Positions 53,630-62,327 of a stretch of DNA of 64,000 bases are shown piece by piece. The position numbers and the translations under genes are program-made. The stretch is from a virus. Location: positions 1 through 64,000 of IMG/VR virus record IMGVR_UViG_3300042340_000194, one strand, 5' to 3'. How positions within the stretch are numbered: the first letter of the stretch is position 1; every line of letters starts with the position of its first letter. The notes beneath the pieces were generated by a model. It ran no database searches, was not told the origin of the DNA, and was given only the letters and a program-made list of their open reading frames with translations.

Positions 53630-53892
53630 GACGTGGAGGGGCGAGAGGAGTAAAGAGAGACGGCAGCGCGGGTGGTGGTAGACGCTCGATGGAGGTTCCG
53701 CCCTGCAGCGAGGATGTCGCAGACCACTGCCGGGGGAAGATCTTTGAGATGGCCCTGCCGCAGGAGTAGAGCGAGATGAGCTTTGATTTGGTCGAGTCGA
53801 TTGGCTGTGTTGTTTAGTTCTACGGCTCGTTGGTAGCTTCTGCCATGGGGGGATTGGAGGTTGTGTGGTTGAGATAACTGGAGGGATGGCAT
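53626..53892 (-). CDS. Hypothetical protein
   Basis: Likely start MPSLQL; stop overlaps the next ATG. Confidence 0.45.
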   Translation of the reverse strand: MPSLQLSQPHNLQSPHGRSYQRAVELNNTANRLDQIKAHLALLLRQGHLKDLPPAVVCDILAAGRNLHRASTTTRAAVSLYSSRPSTS

Positions 53893-53941
53893 CAAGGGAT
53901 AAAGGGAGGTAGAGGGGAGAGCTAGTGCTATCCCCGTGGGG

Positions 53942-54334
53942 TTAACTAGAGGTGGTGTCCTCCTGCTCCGCACGCTTGTCGATTTTCTGGTAGGCAAGTT
54001 TGAGTAGCTCGTCTACAGAAAGTTCAGCGGCGTTGAGGAAGACATCGTCTAGGGCATGGCGGTCTGCGGTTTTGACAGATCCTGCGGATTTGAGATGGAT
54101 GGATAGTTGTTTACCCACAGCAGATTGTAGGTAATAACGCCCAGTATCCCACACGGGATCGCAGTAACCTATCCCTGTTTCTACTGATAGCTCAGCAACG
54201 ACGAAGCTAGAAAGAAGGAAAGATCTCTCTCCCCATCTTAGTGCTAGTTGTTTACCGTCAGAGACTAGATTGACACCTTGCTCGTTAAACCGCCGATGGT
54301 CCGCATCGCTGCTTGTATGCGAGAACACGACCAT
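53942..54334 (-). CDS. Hypothetical protein
   Basis: 130-aa ORF in the array. Confidence 0.55.
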   Translation of the reverse strand: MVVFSHTSSDADHRRFNEQGVNLVSDGKQLALRWGERSFLLSSFVVAELSVETGIGYCDPVWDTGRYYLQSAVGKQLSIHLKSAGSVKTADRHALDDVFLNAAELSVDELLKLAYQKIDKRAEQEDTTSS

Positions 54335-54337
54335 GGA

Positions 54338-54697
54338 TCAATACCGCAAAGCGGCGATCTCTTCAGGGGTTTTCTTGAGGAGTTTGGCCAGCTCGTTTTC
54401 TGATTTTGGTAGCAGCATTCGTAGGCGATTGCGCTCCGTGAGGCGCTCGGAGATTAGCTTTTTTGCTTCGCCTCTAGTAGTCAGGGCTGATTCGGCTTCA
54501 GCCTCTTCGAAGATAGCTAGTGTGCTGTCTTTTGTAATAAGCTCGGAGGGAGTAATTAACAATTCGGGACCTACATCACCTACATTGAGCAAGGACTCGC
54601 TGGAAATGAAACACTCACGAGGATCGTTATTGGATTGGGCGGGCTCGGGGGGAGTGGTGGGGCCGCCCATGCTGCGACTGAAGGAAGGTGAAGACAT
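54338..54697 (-). CDS. Hypothetical protein
   Basis: 119-aa ORF with a C-terminal coiled coil. Confidence 0.55.
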   Translation of the reverse strand: MSSPSFSRSMGGPTTPPEPAQSNNDPRECFISSESLLNVGDVGPELLITPSELITKDSTLAIFEEAEAESALTTRGEAKKLISERLTERNRLRMLLPKSENELAKLLKKTPEEIAALRY

Positions 54698-54823
54698 CAG
54701 AGGGTGGTAATGGAAAAAGAAGGGGGAATTAACTCAATCAAGGTTAATTAGGTGTGGGCGTTACAAGAGTAACGGGGGGCTTTAGAGGACCTTGGGCAGA
54801 CCCCCACCTTCAGTGATTCGGTC

Positions 54824-55075
54824 TTAAATATAAAGCACCCCCTTAGTGTCATTCACCTCGCGCCAGTATTCGGGCCAGGAGGGTTGAGTGCGTGGGAGAG
54901 CAGTGGAGTCACACCTAGCCCTAAACCAGGCGTAGCGGGCTTGCATGCGGCGGCCTCGACGAGGGACAGCGGGCCAGTTTGCAATGTTCTTGGCGGCGAG
55001 GTTTACCTCGCGAGAGGATGCAATGGGGAGAGATGCGCAACTTTGGGCTATTCGTCGGATCTTGCGGAGGTTCAT
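54824..55075 (-). CDS. Basic hypothetical protein
   Basis: Arg-rich; pyrimidine-rich leader like neighbouring genes. Confidence 0.5.
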   Translation of the reverse strand: MNLRKIRRIAQSCASLPIASSREVNLAAKNIANWPAVPRRGRRMQARYAWFRARCDSTALPRTQPSWPEYWREVNDTKGVLYI

Positions 55076-55120
55076 GGGAGGAGAAAGAGAGGGAGGGAAG
55101 AAAGGGGGAGGAAGAGTTAG

Positions 55121-55381
55121 TCAGGCTGCGATAAAGTCTGCGCAGATGACGCATTGCTGTAGTCCGGGTACAGCAATGCCGATCAATTCGACCTTAACCA
55201 TATCTGGGCTTTCACACCATGCACTGCAATGGGAAGGGCTGCACCAATCCATTAGTTCGCCATCTCCATTAGGGCGAATGTTTCTTGCTGTATCCTCATC
55301 CTTCGCGCATACAACAGCACTCTTGAAAGTGTCATAATCGTCTGCTTCTAAGTCTTCTCGGCTGATTTTGTAGATGTTCAT
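55121..55381 (-). CDS. Conserved phage hypothetical protein
   Basis: YDTFKSAVVCA.DE..AR..P...W...V.VELIG.A...VICADF.A. Confidence 0.7.
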   Translation of the reverse strand: MNIYKISREDLEADDYDTFKSAVVCAKDEDTARNIRPNGDGELMDWCSPSHCSAWCESPDMVKVELIGIAVPGLQQCVICADFIAA

Positions 55382-55629
55382 GGTTGGGACTTGCTGCTTT
55401 TGGGTCCAAATGGCACCCAGTGATGGGTAATTCCAGGAAACTGGAGATTTAATCCGCTAACCACTTCTTCGGGATTTGGTAGATGTACACCCTGACCAAC
55501 ACCTTGTGCGCCGGTCAGGGCACTGCGCCAGTGTATGTGGCCAAACTGCGAGTCATTCTGCGGGTCCATAGAATTGCCTCTGTGATGATGGATGAATGGA
55601 TAAAAGTTAATCAGAGTCGATTTCAACAA
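55378..55629 (-). CDS. Hypothetical protein
   Basis: HW.S.LTG..G.G...LN..FP..THHW; true start may be ATG 55569. Confidence 0.5.
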   Translation of the reverse strand: MLKSTLINFYPFIHHHRGNSMDPQNDSQFGHIHWRSALTGAQGVGQGVHLPNPEEVVSGLNLQFPGITHHWVPFGPKSSKSQP

Positions 55630-55798
55630 ATCGCAGATTGTGGCGGTAGAAACCTTCCGCGACTAGATCGTCGATAGCATTGATAGCTTCTAGATCATCA
55701 GCAAATTCGTTGTCTTCATTTACAATGCCATGCCCTAGCAAGCTGGGATCATCAGTCCAGTGACCATCATGAAAAGTTTCGATGCGGTAATAAGCCAT
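55607..55798 (-). CDS. Small acidic hypothetical protein
   Basis: Likely start MAYYRIE. Confidence 0.5.
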   Translation of the reverse strand: MAYYRIETFHDGHWTDDPSLLGHGIVNEDNEFADDLEAINAIDDLVAEGFYRHNLRFVEIDSD

Positions 55799-55854
55799 GG
55801 TTGTTGATGCGATGGAATTGAATTGATTGCCGGGAAGCCCCGGCGGGCTGGGGG

Positions 55855-56961
55855 TCAAACCAAAGCAAGGCACGCTTCGCGAGCACGCTCGATGCGCTGG
55901 GAGCCGGCTCCGCCGTAGAGAGCCTCCAGGCGGCCACGGGCCCGATCGAGAGGGTCCTTCGCCCGCCCGGTGTCCCAAGTGGTGTACTGGGTGATGGCGT
56001 TGTAGAGCCCCCAAAGGGAACCACGCATGCCAGGGAAGTCGAAGCCGATCCCAGTGTCGCCATAGGCGTGGCTGCGGATTGCATCCACCTCGTCGTTGAG
56101 ATCTAGCAGTGTGCGCTTGCGCATTGTCGAACGGTCGGTGCTGGTGCGGTCACGGATGGGGACTGCGAGGCGATCCGCGAAGGCAGCGCTCAATACCTGT
56201 GCGGCATGTTCAGTGGTCACCTGGACATCCGCCATGGCGCGGAAGCCCTCGATTGTGGTGTGGAATTGCTGGATCTCCGCGTCTATGATACCGGGAAGAC
56301 GACGGATAAATTCCGTGATCCCACGGCTGTGCCTGTGCTTAAGCGCATCGCCTTTCTTAGTGGCTTGGTTGAACACCGTGCCGTCGAAGTATGATAGTTG
56401 ATTGGCGCAGAACAGTCGTTTATCTGTGAAGTAAGCGCGGAGAGAGCTACCCTTGTGGCCGTTACTTAGATGGAGGTAGCGGCGGACTACGTCGCCGGGG
56501 AGGACATCATTCTGAGCGTTGATTGTAGCCGTGATGTAGACACGCTCGCCTCCGTTGATGGAGAGGATGTCCTCTATTTGGGCGCGGCCTTCTAGAGCAT
56601 CGAAGATGCCTCTAAGTTCGTGGTTCTGGACAGGGGTATAGCCAGGGCCGTGGATGGCCAGGAGCCCACCTGTGTCGGAGCGGACGATGGATTTATAGGC
56701 TGCGGTTGGGTGATATGCACCACCGGGGACTCCAGTGGTAAAGCCCACATCGGTGGTGTCTGCAGTCCAGGTGAGTCCAGCCTGGGAGAAGGCGGCCTCG
56801 GGGGTGGCGTCGGAGGAGACAAGGATGCCGCCAGCTACCTCGCTGAGGGGGTTGACGGCGTAACCGGCGGCGCGGTAGTTGCCGTAGACCATGAGACCCT
56901 TGCCGTCACGAGCAAAGGCTTGATCGACAGTGGTGCTGGTCTGGTTGAAGGAGTTCTGCAT
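55855..56961 (-). CDS. DUF932 (LGT_TIGR03299-like) protein
   Basis: AGLTW...VRSDTG...YTPVQN...GGERVY...LSNGH.G...R.FCANQL...HRHS...SLWGLYNAITQY. Confidence 0.85.
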   Translation of the reverse strand: MQNSFNQTSTTVDQAFARDGKGLMVYGNYRAAGYAVNPLSEVAGGILVSSDATPEAAFSQAGLTWTADTTDVGFTTGVPGGAYHPTAAYKSIVRSDTGGLLAIHGPGYTPVQNHELRGIFDALEGRAQIEDILSINGGERVYITATINAQNDVLPGDVVRRYLHLSNGHKGSSLRAYFTDKRLFCANQLSYFDGTVFNQATKKGDALKHRHSRGITEFIRRLPGIIDAEIQQFHTTIEGFRAMADVQVTTEHAAQVLSAAFADRLAVPIRDRTSTDRSTMRKRTLLDLNDEVDAIRSHAYGDTGIGFDFPGMRGSLWGLYNAITQYTTWDTGRAKDPLDRARGRLEALYGGAGSQRIERAREACLALV

Positions 56962-56997
56962 GAAGGTGGGGGGGGCCGCGATTGCGGGTATGAGGTC

Positions 56998-57026
56998 AAC
57001 CTATCAAGAACAGGAGAGGTTGTCAA
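56998..57026 (-). promoter_or_regulatory. sigma70-type promoter within an inverted repeat
   Basis: Minus strand TTGACA-17 nt-(TG)TAGGTT upstream of DUF932; flanked by CCTATCAA/TTGATAGG. Confidence 0.65.
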
Positions 57027-57110
57027 CCTGTTGATAGGGGGCAGGTTAGAAAGCCTGCGACGACTGGACTTACGTCAACGTGGTTGACCGCCAGGCGGAT
57101 AAGGCGAAGC

Positions 57111-57719
57111 CTAGGAGGGTTCCCTTATGGCGTCCAGATGGGCAACGAGGTAGCTCTCGATGGCGCGGAGGTGGTCAAAGATCTCGTTGCGGGATTTTCG
57201 AGCAGCTTCGAAGCTCCCGTCCGGTAGGTCTTGGTAATTGCGCCCGTGGAAGTCAATCTTTAGGAACAGGGCCGACGCTGCATTCTGAGCATCAAGAGCC
57301 TCGGTATAATCTTTTACCAGTGATTCACGGGTGTTGCCGTTTATATTGATCCTAGGGAGGATAAGCTCGGGGGGCTGTGGGGTGGAAGGTTGGGTCATTG
57401 GAGGAGGGGTTGGATTAGACTGAAGATCGAGTTGTAATTGAGTGGTCTTAGCTAGCCGCCGCAGTTCTATAGCGGTAGCTAGCCCGGCATTGGTGAGGCG
57501 CAGGTTGAAGTAAGGAGGGTCAGTGTGTTGGTGCTCGACAATTACGATTAGATGTAATCGTTGGAGAACGTAGGCAGTTTTTCTAAAGCGTTGAGAGTTT
57601 ATGGCTATAGCTGTAGCCCCTGCGTTTAGGAGGTTTAGGAGTAGCCGCTGTTGAGCTATAGAGAGCTTAAAGCTATAGCTGCCGTCAGGTTTGAGTTTAA
57701 GGGCTTTCGGGGATTTCAT
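57111..57719 (-). CDS. Hypothetical two-domain protein
   Basis: wHTH-like N-half (LRLTNAG), Pro linker, C-half ININGN...FHGRNYQ. Confidence 0.55.
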   Translation of the reverse strand: MKSPKALKLKPDGSYSFKLSIAQQRLLLNLLNAGATAIAINSQRFRKTAYVLQRLHLIVIVEHQHTDPPYFNLRLTNAGLATAIELRRLAKTTQLQLDLQSNPTPPPMTQPSTPQPPELILPRININGNTRESLVKDYTEALDAQNAASALFLKIDFHGRNYQDLPDGSFEAARKSRNEIFDHLRAIESYLVAHLDAIREPS

Positions 57720-57904
57720 GGCTCATCCTCATCTTTCTCATCAATAACGGGTGGTTCGGCTTCGTGTTTGGTGATGGCTCTTGTCCATCTACCGATGTAC
57801 TCCTTGAGCATTTCACGGCGTTCATCGTCATAGAGTAAATCACTGGAAAAGATTGAAGCGTCGATGCCTTCGCAGGCGTCTTCTAGATACTTGAGCATGT
57901 TCAT
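57716..57904 (-). CDS. Small acidic hypothetical protein
   Basis: ATGA-coupled at both ends. Confidence 0.55.
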   Translation of the reverse strand: MNMLKYLEDACEGIDASIFSSDLLYDDERREMLKEYIGRWTRAITKHEAEPPVIDEKDEDEP

Positions 57905-58065
57905 GGTTGATCAGAAGGTAAAGTCTCATCTAAGTGGTCGGTCATCCTTAGTACAACATTGTTGTAAGTGACTTCTAGATCGTGCGCCTCTTGGCGAAGC
58001 GCTAGCGCTCGGTTGTAGATGGCTGTGCCGATTCTGACAAGAGCATCAATTTGTGGTTCGGTCAT
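57901..58065 (-). CDS. 54-aa hypothetical protein (not in the ORF track)
   Basis: MTEPQIDALVRIG...PSDQP; fills the gap, ATGA-coupled. Confidence 0.45.
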   Translation of the reverse strand: MTEPQIDALVRIGTAIYNRALALRQEAHDLEVTYNNVVLRMTDHLDETLPSDQP

Positions 58066-58069
58066 CGGA

Positions 58070-58438
58070 TCAACCGGCTTTAGCCGGGACAGAGGGTGAT
58101 GGTAAATTAGTTATCCTTAGCGCCCAGTACCCATCTTGACGCTCCTGCCATTCGCCTGCGCGGATACTGCGCCCATCGTCGGTTTCAACCTCTATGAATC
58201 GAGGACCTTCTGGCCCAGGCGGACCGTCAAAGATAATATTCACAGCTTCTACTTTAGTGGTAGAAGCTGCTGGGGCTGGACAAAGTGTTTGGATAAGCAG
58301 ATCGGCGGATGCTTTGTTGTTGAAGTAGGCAACGATCCCACCGGATTGTTCGTCTACGACTCCGTACCAATCCGGCATCCACTGAAACAGATAATGCGAA
58401 GTGTCGATGTCGGTAATCCAAAAACGTGAGTTACTCAT
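58070..58438 (-). CDS. Hypothetical protein
   Basis: Likely start MSNSRF; C-terminal FDGPPGPEGPRFIEVE.DDG.SI..GEW. Confidence 0.6.
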   Translation of the reverse strand: MSNSRFWITDIDTSHYLFQWMPDWYGVVDEQSGGIVAYFNNKASADLLIQTLCPAPAASTTKVEAVNIIFDGPPGPEGPRFIEVETDDGRSIRAGEWQERQDGYWALRITNLPSPSVPAKAG

Positions 58439-58670
58439 GATGGGTGTTCGCCGGCTGCTGCCGGAGAGAAGGAGGTAAAAGAGGAAGACAGTGGTGTGGC
58501 TGATGTCTAGTATAAAGCATGTTTGCTCGTGCCATATCTTCACGCAGTATGATGTTATCAATCATCCAAGTAATTACCCAATCATTGTGTGCATCCCAGT
58601 CTGTAAACAGGGTGTTACATGGATCCGGCTCATAAATGGGATCTCGATACTTGCCGTGGTAAAGGCTCAT
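58431..58670 (-). CDS. Hypothetical protein
   Basis: Overlap-coupled ORF. Confidence 0.5.
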   Translation of the reverse strand: MSLYHGKYRDPIYEPDPCNTLFTDWDAHNDWVITWMIDNIILREDMARANMLYTRHQPHHCLPLLPPSLRQQPANTHHE

Positions 58671-58882
58671 GGCTTTACTAAGAAATATTGACTGGTTTCC
58701 CCATTGATGCGTTCCGACTTAGATACGCCTACGACTGTTCCGTCTCTCTTCTTCCAGTCAGAGGTGTATGGATAAGGAGTTCTGCGCAAATAAGGATGAA
58801 CGTCAATGCCTTTTTTAGACAGTTCGTTGATTATTGCATAGAATTGTTCTTGTGTAACTGGAGTGAGGTTGTTAGTGCTCAT
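58667..58882 (-). CDS. Hypothetical protein
   Basis: Likely start MSTNN; VTQEQFY...DVHP...YPY.S.W. Confidence 0.55.
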   Translation of the reverse strand: MSTNNLTPVTQEQFYAIINELSKKGIDVHPYLRRTPYPYTSDWKKRDGTVVGVSKSERINGETSQYFLVKP

Positions 58883-58886
58883 GGGG

Positions 58887-59339
58887 TCAACCGGCGTTAG
58901 CCGGGGCGAGGGTGTTCTTATTCTTAGCAAACGGGAGAAGGGGTGGTGGCGCCTGATTGGGCCTTACCGCATAGAGCACACCGAGGATGCCGTTGACATC
59001 GCCATTTCGCAGATACTTGGCTCGCTCGTGAGCCTGCTTTCGAGCGTGTACACCGGTCTCATCATCGCTCTCGCTCTGATAGCGCTCATCCAGTTGCCAG
59101 CCAGAAACGTCAGACCAGTCGTGTTCATCGGAATAGTCCTCGCACATCCATACGCTGTAGATGGTATTGGGGTTGGGGTAAAGGTCCATGGGGCTAATTG
59201 CGACCTGCACGTTTACCCAATAGACACCGTACTGGTCCGGGCAATACGAAAGGTCCTCAGGGTCATCGCCAATTCGGACTTCGGCTTCGTCATAGTTGGC
59301 GCGGATGGCGTCGCGCAGTCGTTCTTCAATGGTGCTCAT
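58887..59339 (-). CDS. Acidic hypothetical protein
   Basis: 150-aa ORF in the array. Confidence 0.55.
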   Translation of the reverse strand: MSTIEERLRDAIRANYDEAEVRIGDDPEDLSYCPDQYGVYWVNVQVAISPMDLYPNPNTIYSVWMCEDYSDEHDWSDVSGWQLDERYQSESDDETGVHARKQAHERAKYLRNGDVNGILGVLYAVRPNQAPPPLLPFAKNKNTLAPANAG

Positions 59340-59350
59340 GATTGTTTACC

Positions 59351-59578
59351 TTAGGATACTTTTAACAATTGACGGACTTTAGCTGGATGGGTCTGTAGCC
59401 AGTTAACTAGATCATCAAATGGTACTTTTAGCCCAAAGTCGTATGTGAGTTGGTTGTCGTTGTACCACAAGTTGAGGTCTAGGCGGTCCTGATGGGAACT
59501 AGCCTCAACCGGGTCCTCAAAGAGAAGCCCGTCAGTTGTAGCAAAGCGCTCAACTTTTTTAACAGTCATGGTAGCCAC
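59351..59578 (-). CDS. Hypothetical protein
   Basis: F.TTDG.LFED..EA..HQ motif. Confidence 0.6.
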   Translation of the reverse strand: MATMTVKKVERFATTDGLLFEDPVEASSHQDRLDLNLWYNDNQLTYDFGLKVPFDDLVNWLQTHPAKVRQLLKVS

Positions 59579-59784
59579 CGCATAATAATGATCCCCTCAG
59601 GAGTGAAACGGACACGTTTTTGTTCGTGGTCAAGCTCAACCAGATCTGGGGGGCTTTGGTCTACAACATGTGGCCAAAGAGGGGTGCTGCATTGACGCCA
59701 GCCATCCCCAATGTCAGGGCTACGCTCGATTAGGCGGAGCATGATTTTTTGATTGTCTGTAATTGATGGTTTAGCGGTGCTCAT
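59566..59784 (-). CDS. Hypothetical wHTH-like protein
   Basis: LRLIERSPD.GDGW...LVEL...RVRFTPEG. Confidence 0.6.
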   Translation of the reverse strand: MSTAKPSITDNQKIMLRLIERSPDIGDGWRQCSTPLWPHVVDQSPPDLVELDHEQKRVRFTPEGIIIMRWLP

Positions 59785-60107
59785 TGGGCGGGCTCGGGGG
59801 ATGGTTTTAATGCTGTAAATACTGGTAACTTCAAGTCCTCAACATTGCCGTTAGCTTTTATCTCTTCTTTAAGATAAGAGAGGAAGAAGCGCTCAGGGTT
59901 GCATTCGGCTGAGCTAGCGCATAAATGCCAGCGTATAAACAGGATCTGATAGATTACATGGTTCCTGCATTGGTCTAAAGTCCATCCTTGACGGATTTTG
60001 GACATTAGATCATTAGTGGCATCACTATTGACAAGATGCCATTCAACACTCTCTACAGCGTTGCTGATCTCTTGCCGAACCTTCTCATCCGCTATTTGAT
60101 GACTCAT
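59781..60107 (-). CDS. Hypothetical protein
   Basis: ATGA-coupled ORF. Confidence 0.5.
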   Translation of the reverse strand: MSHQIADEKVRQEISNAVESVEWHLVNSDATNDLMSKIRQGWTLDQCRNHVIYQILFIRWHLCASSAECNPERFFLSYLKEEIKANGNVEDLKLPVFTALKPSPEPAQ

Positions 60108-60110
60108 GGC

Positions 60111-60521
60111 TCAACCCTGCGAAGTAGCTTTGCTGCTAACAGCCAGCGCAGCGTAGATTGTCGGAGTATTCTTTGCTGTCTTATTAAGCTGCTCCAGCTT
60201 CTGCTCTTGCTCAATCTTAAGCATTTTCGCCTGCAGCGCTACGCTGTATTCCCACTTATTCCTACTCTTGATCTGCACTTGAAACTCCCCAACATCAATC
60301 CGGCTGATGTTATTCTTAACAGCGTGCGCTTTTAGCGCTGCGACATGACCGTCTAGCTGCGCTTTCAGCCGGTCCATCTCTAACTTGATGGCGAACGCCT
60401 TGGCCACCCTGCCGCCAATCTCCCCAGTAGGAGAGTAAGTCTTTGGCTGAGGGGGTACTTTGATCTGCGAACGGGGCTTTGTGGCAGTTGTGGAAGTGGC
60501 TGGAGCAGTGGAGGTAGGCAT
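60111..60521 (-). CDS. Hypothetical basic coiled-coil protein
   Basis: 136-aa ORF after an intergenic hairpin. Confidence 0.55.
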   Translation of the reverse strand: MPTSTAPATSTTATKPRSQIKVPPQPKTYSPTGEIGGRVAKAFAIKLEMDRLKAQLDGHVAALKAHAVKNNISRIDVGEFQVQIKSRNKWEYSVALQAKMLKIEQEQKLEQLNKTAKNTPTIYAALAVSSKATSQG

Positions 60522-60620
60522 GGATGGTACGGCAGAAGCCGGGGTGAGTGGGACCAGGGCGCAGAGGGCGCCAGGAAGCCCCCTGCCGGGGGAGACAGGA
60601 GGCTTCGGGGCGTCGTCTGA

Positions 60621-60860
60621 TTAGTATAGAACCGTTTGTGTAAGAGTAAACCAGACTTGTTCGTCATTGATGCGTCCTCCACCCTTTTGGAGGTGTAGGA
60701 GGAACTTGAGCAGATCTGTGACGTTACTGTAATCGACTTCGTCTTTAGTAAAGTCGAGTAGCTGCTCTACTGTAGGTAGTTGTTTGAAGGGGGCTACGAA
60801 GTAGTGTCCGTGTTGGTTGTGGTCATTGTGGGATCGGGTTAGGATCCAGACTTTACCCAT
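60621..60860 (-). CDS. Conserved phage hypothetical protein
   Basis: VWILTRSHND.NQHG.YFVA.F...PT...GGGR...WF.L. Confidence 0.65.
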   Translation of the reverse strand: MGKVWILTRSHNDHNQHGHYFVAPFKQLPTVEQLLDFTKDEVDYSNVTDLLKFLLHLQKGGGRINDEQVWFTLTQTVLY

Positions 60861-60878
60861 GATGGTTAGTGGAAGAGG

Positions 60879-61160
60879 TTACTCTTGTAGAGGTGTGATG
60901 AACCTTATCTTATCAACATGGACGGCTTCTACCTTACCGTCTACATATTCAACGATGGCCACGGGTTGTAACCCCGGCCCATTTTCGTATTCCTCGTGGT
61001 CGGTAGAGAAGCAGTGGAACTCTGCTCGTTTGTCAAACGGGGCGCTCCAGGCACCATTTACCCATAACTTACAAGTTACGATGCAGGTACGGGTGGTCTT
61101 CTGTTTGCGTAAAAAGCGGGAGAGGAAGGACATGGGGAGAACGGTTAGGATGGGTGGCAT
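60879..61160 (-). CDS. Conserved phage hypothetical protein
   Basis: FHCFSTDHEEYENGPG..PVAIVE..DG.V.....I.F. Confidence 0.65.
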   Translation of the reverse strand: MPPILTVLPMSFLSRFLRKQKTTRTCIVTCKLWVNGAWSAPFDKRAEFHCFSTDHEEYENGPGLQPVAIVEYVDGKVEAVHVDKIRFITPLQE

Positions 61161-61232
61161 GGAATACCGCAGATGCGGCGAAAGCTAGGCCCATAGCCAC
61201 GCCGAAGGCGTATTGGGAGAGATGGGCTAGTT

Positions 61233-61496
61233 TCATGGAGTTTCCGCTAGCCCTGCTTGCTCGACCACCCAGTCTTTTAGATCCAGAGTGGTTGACCCCT
61301 CATTAGTAGCTGCTCCCCAGGCGGAACAAATCCATCTGTGTTCCTGTGCTGGTATGTAATTAGCAAGAGCTTTTTCATTAGCAAGCGGATCTCTGCTCAT
61401 GGCATCTACGGCGATCTTCATGATAGGCCGTAGCCTATTTAGAACCAATCGCTTAGCTACTTGCTCTTCAGAAAGTGGTGGGGTTGACATGTTCAT
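61233..61496 (-). CDS. Hypothetical protein
   Basis: Likely start MNMSTPP, downstream of the hairpin cluster. Confidence 0.5.
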   Translation of the reverse strand: MNMSTPPLSEEQVAKRLVLNRLRPIMKIAVDAMSRDPLANEKALANYIPAQEHRWICSAWGAATNEGSTTLDLKDWVVEQAGLAETP

Positions 61497-61628
61497 CGGA
61501 ATCAGGATTGGGGTAGTAGGAAAGAAAATCGTCAAGCCAGTCCCCCGGAGGGGACTCGTTATCATCCCCCTCCGGGGGGTCGGGTGGGTCCATGGGAGGA
61601 TCCATGGACCGGACAGAGCGGGGATACA

Positions 61629-62327
61629 TCAGAGATCCCCGGAGTTATCGCCACGGGCGATAGCCGCTGCTTTTTTGCGACCAGCCCCGTGGGCCCAGAA
61701 CGCGACAATAACTGTGCGAGCTGGACGAGCACAGATAGGGCCCTGCTTTCCTCCGCAGTTAGAGCAGGTAATATACTCTGCTGTGTTAGCGGGACATTGG
61801 ATGACGGGGATCCCGTCGATCTTGAAGTGGGTGGGGGATTCAGGAGGAACCACTAGGACAGTTGGGAGGCCCTGCCGGAAGGAGGAGGCGGCGTCCTCGG
61901 GGGTCTCCGTGGAGATGTTTATGCAGAATCCCCGGCTGATTGCTTCTCGAATTACGAGGAGATTGGCGGGAGATAGGACGTGATGCGTGTATGTCCAGGC
62001 TTTGAGATGGGCAGCGGCAGCGGCCAGGCCAAGGACAAGCCGGGGGATGAGCTGGCCGGTATTGTGCCAGAGATCGCCAGCCACATTGTGGCGGAAATAG
62101 GCGCCGGGGCGTAACTCCCGGAGCTTGGCGAATAGGGATTCTGGGGAGATCCCGGTAGTGGGGACTTTTGACCAGTGGAACAGGACCATGCCGTAGGAGG
62201 CATAGCAGCCGTGGCCCTTGAGCGGGCAGGTTGTGGGACAGGAGGACTCTTCGGTTAGAGTCAAAGAGATCGGCCCGGTTTTGGCATTGCCGGAGCGGGC
62301 GATGAAGTGGGACAGAGGTGCAGTCAT
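61629..62327 (-). CDS. Cys-rich Gp88/DUF7227-like protein (radical-SAM-like Cys cluster)
   Basis: SGNAKTGPI...SCPTTCP....CYA...RHNVAGD...WTYTH...CPA...TC.NC...C...F.AHG. Confidence 0.65.
   Translation of the reverse strand: MTAPLSHFIARSGNAKTGPISLTLTEESSCPTTCPLKGHGCYASYGMVLFHWSKVPTTGISPESLFAKLRELRPGAYFRHNVAGDLWHNTGQLIPRLVLGLAAAAAHLKAWTYTHHVLSPANLLVIREAISRGFCINISTETPEDAASSFRQGLPTVLVVPPESPTHFKIDGIPVIQCPANTAEYITCSNCGGKQGPICARPARTVIVAFWAHGAGRKKAAAIARGDNSGDL

Larger units (their letters stand above)
3207..61903. repeat. Dispersed octamer CTCGGGGG/CCCCCGAG, about 40 copies
   Basis: 31 copies on + and 9 on - counted by eye (positions in findings). Confidence 0.85.
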
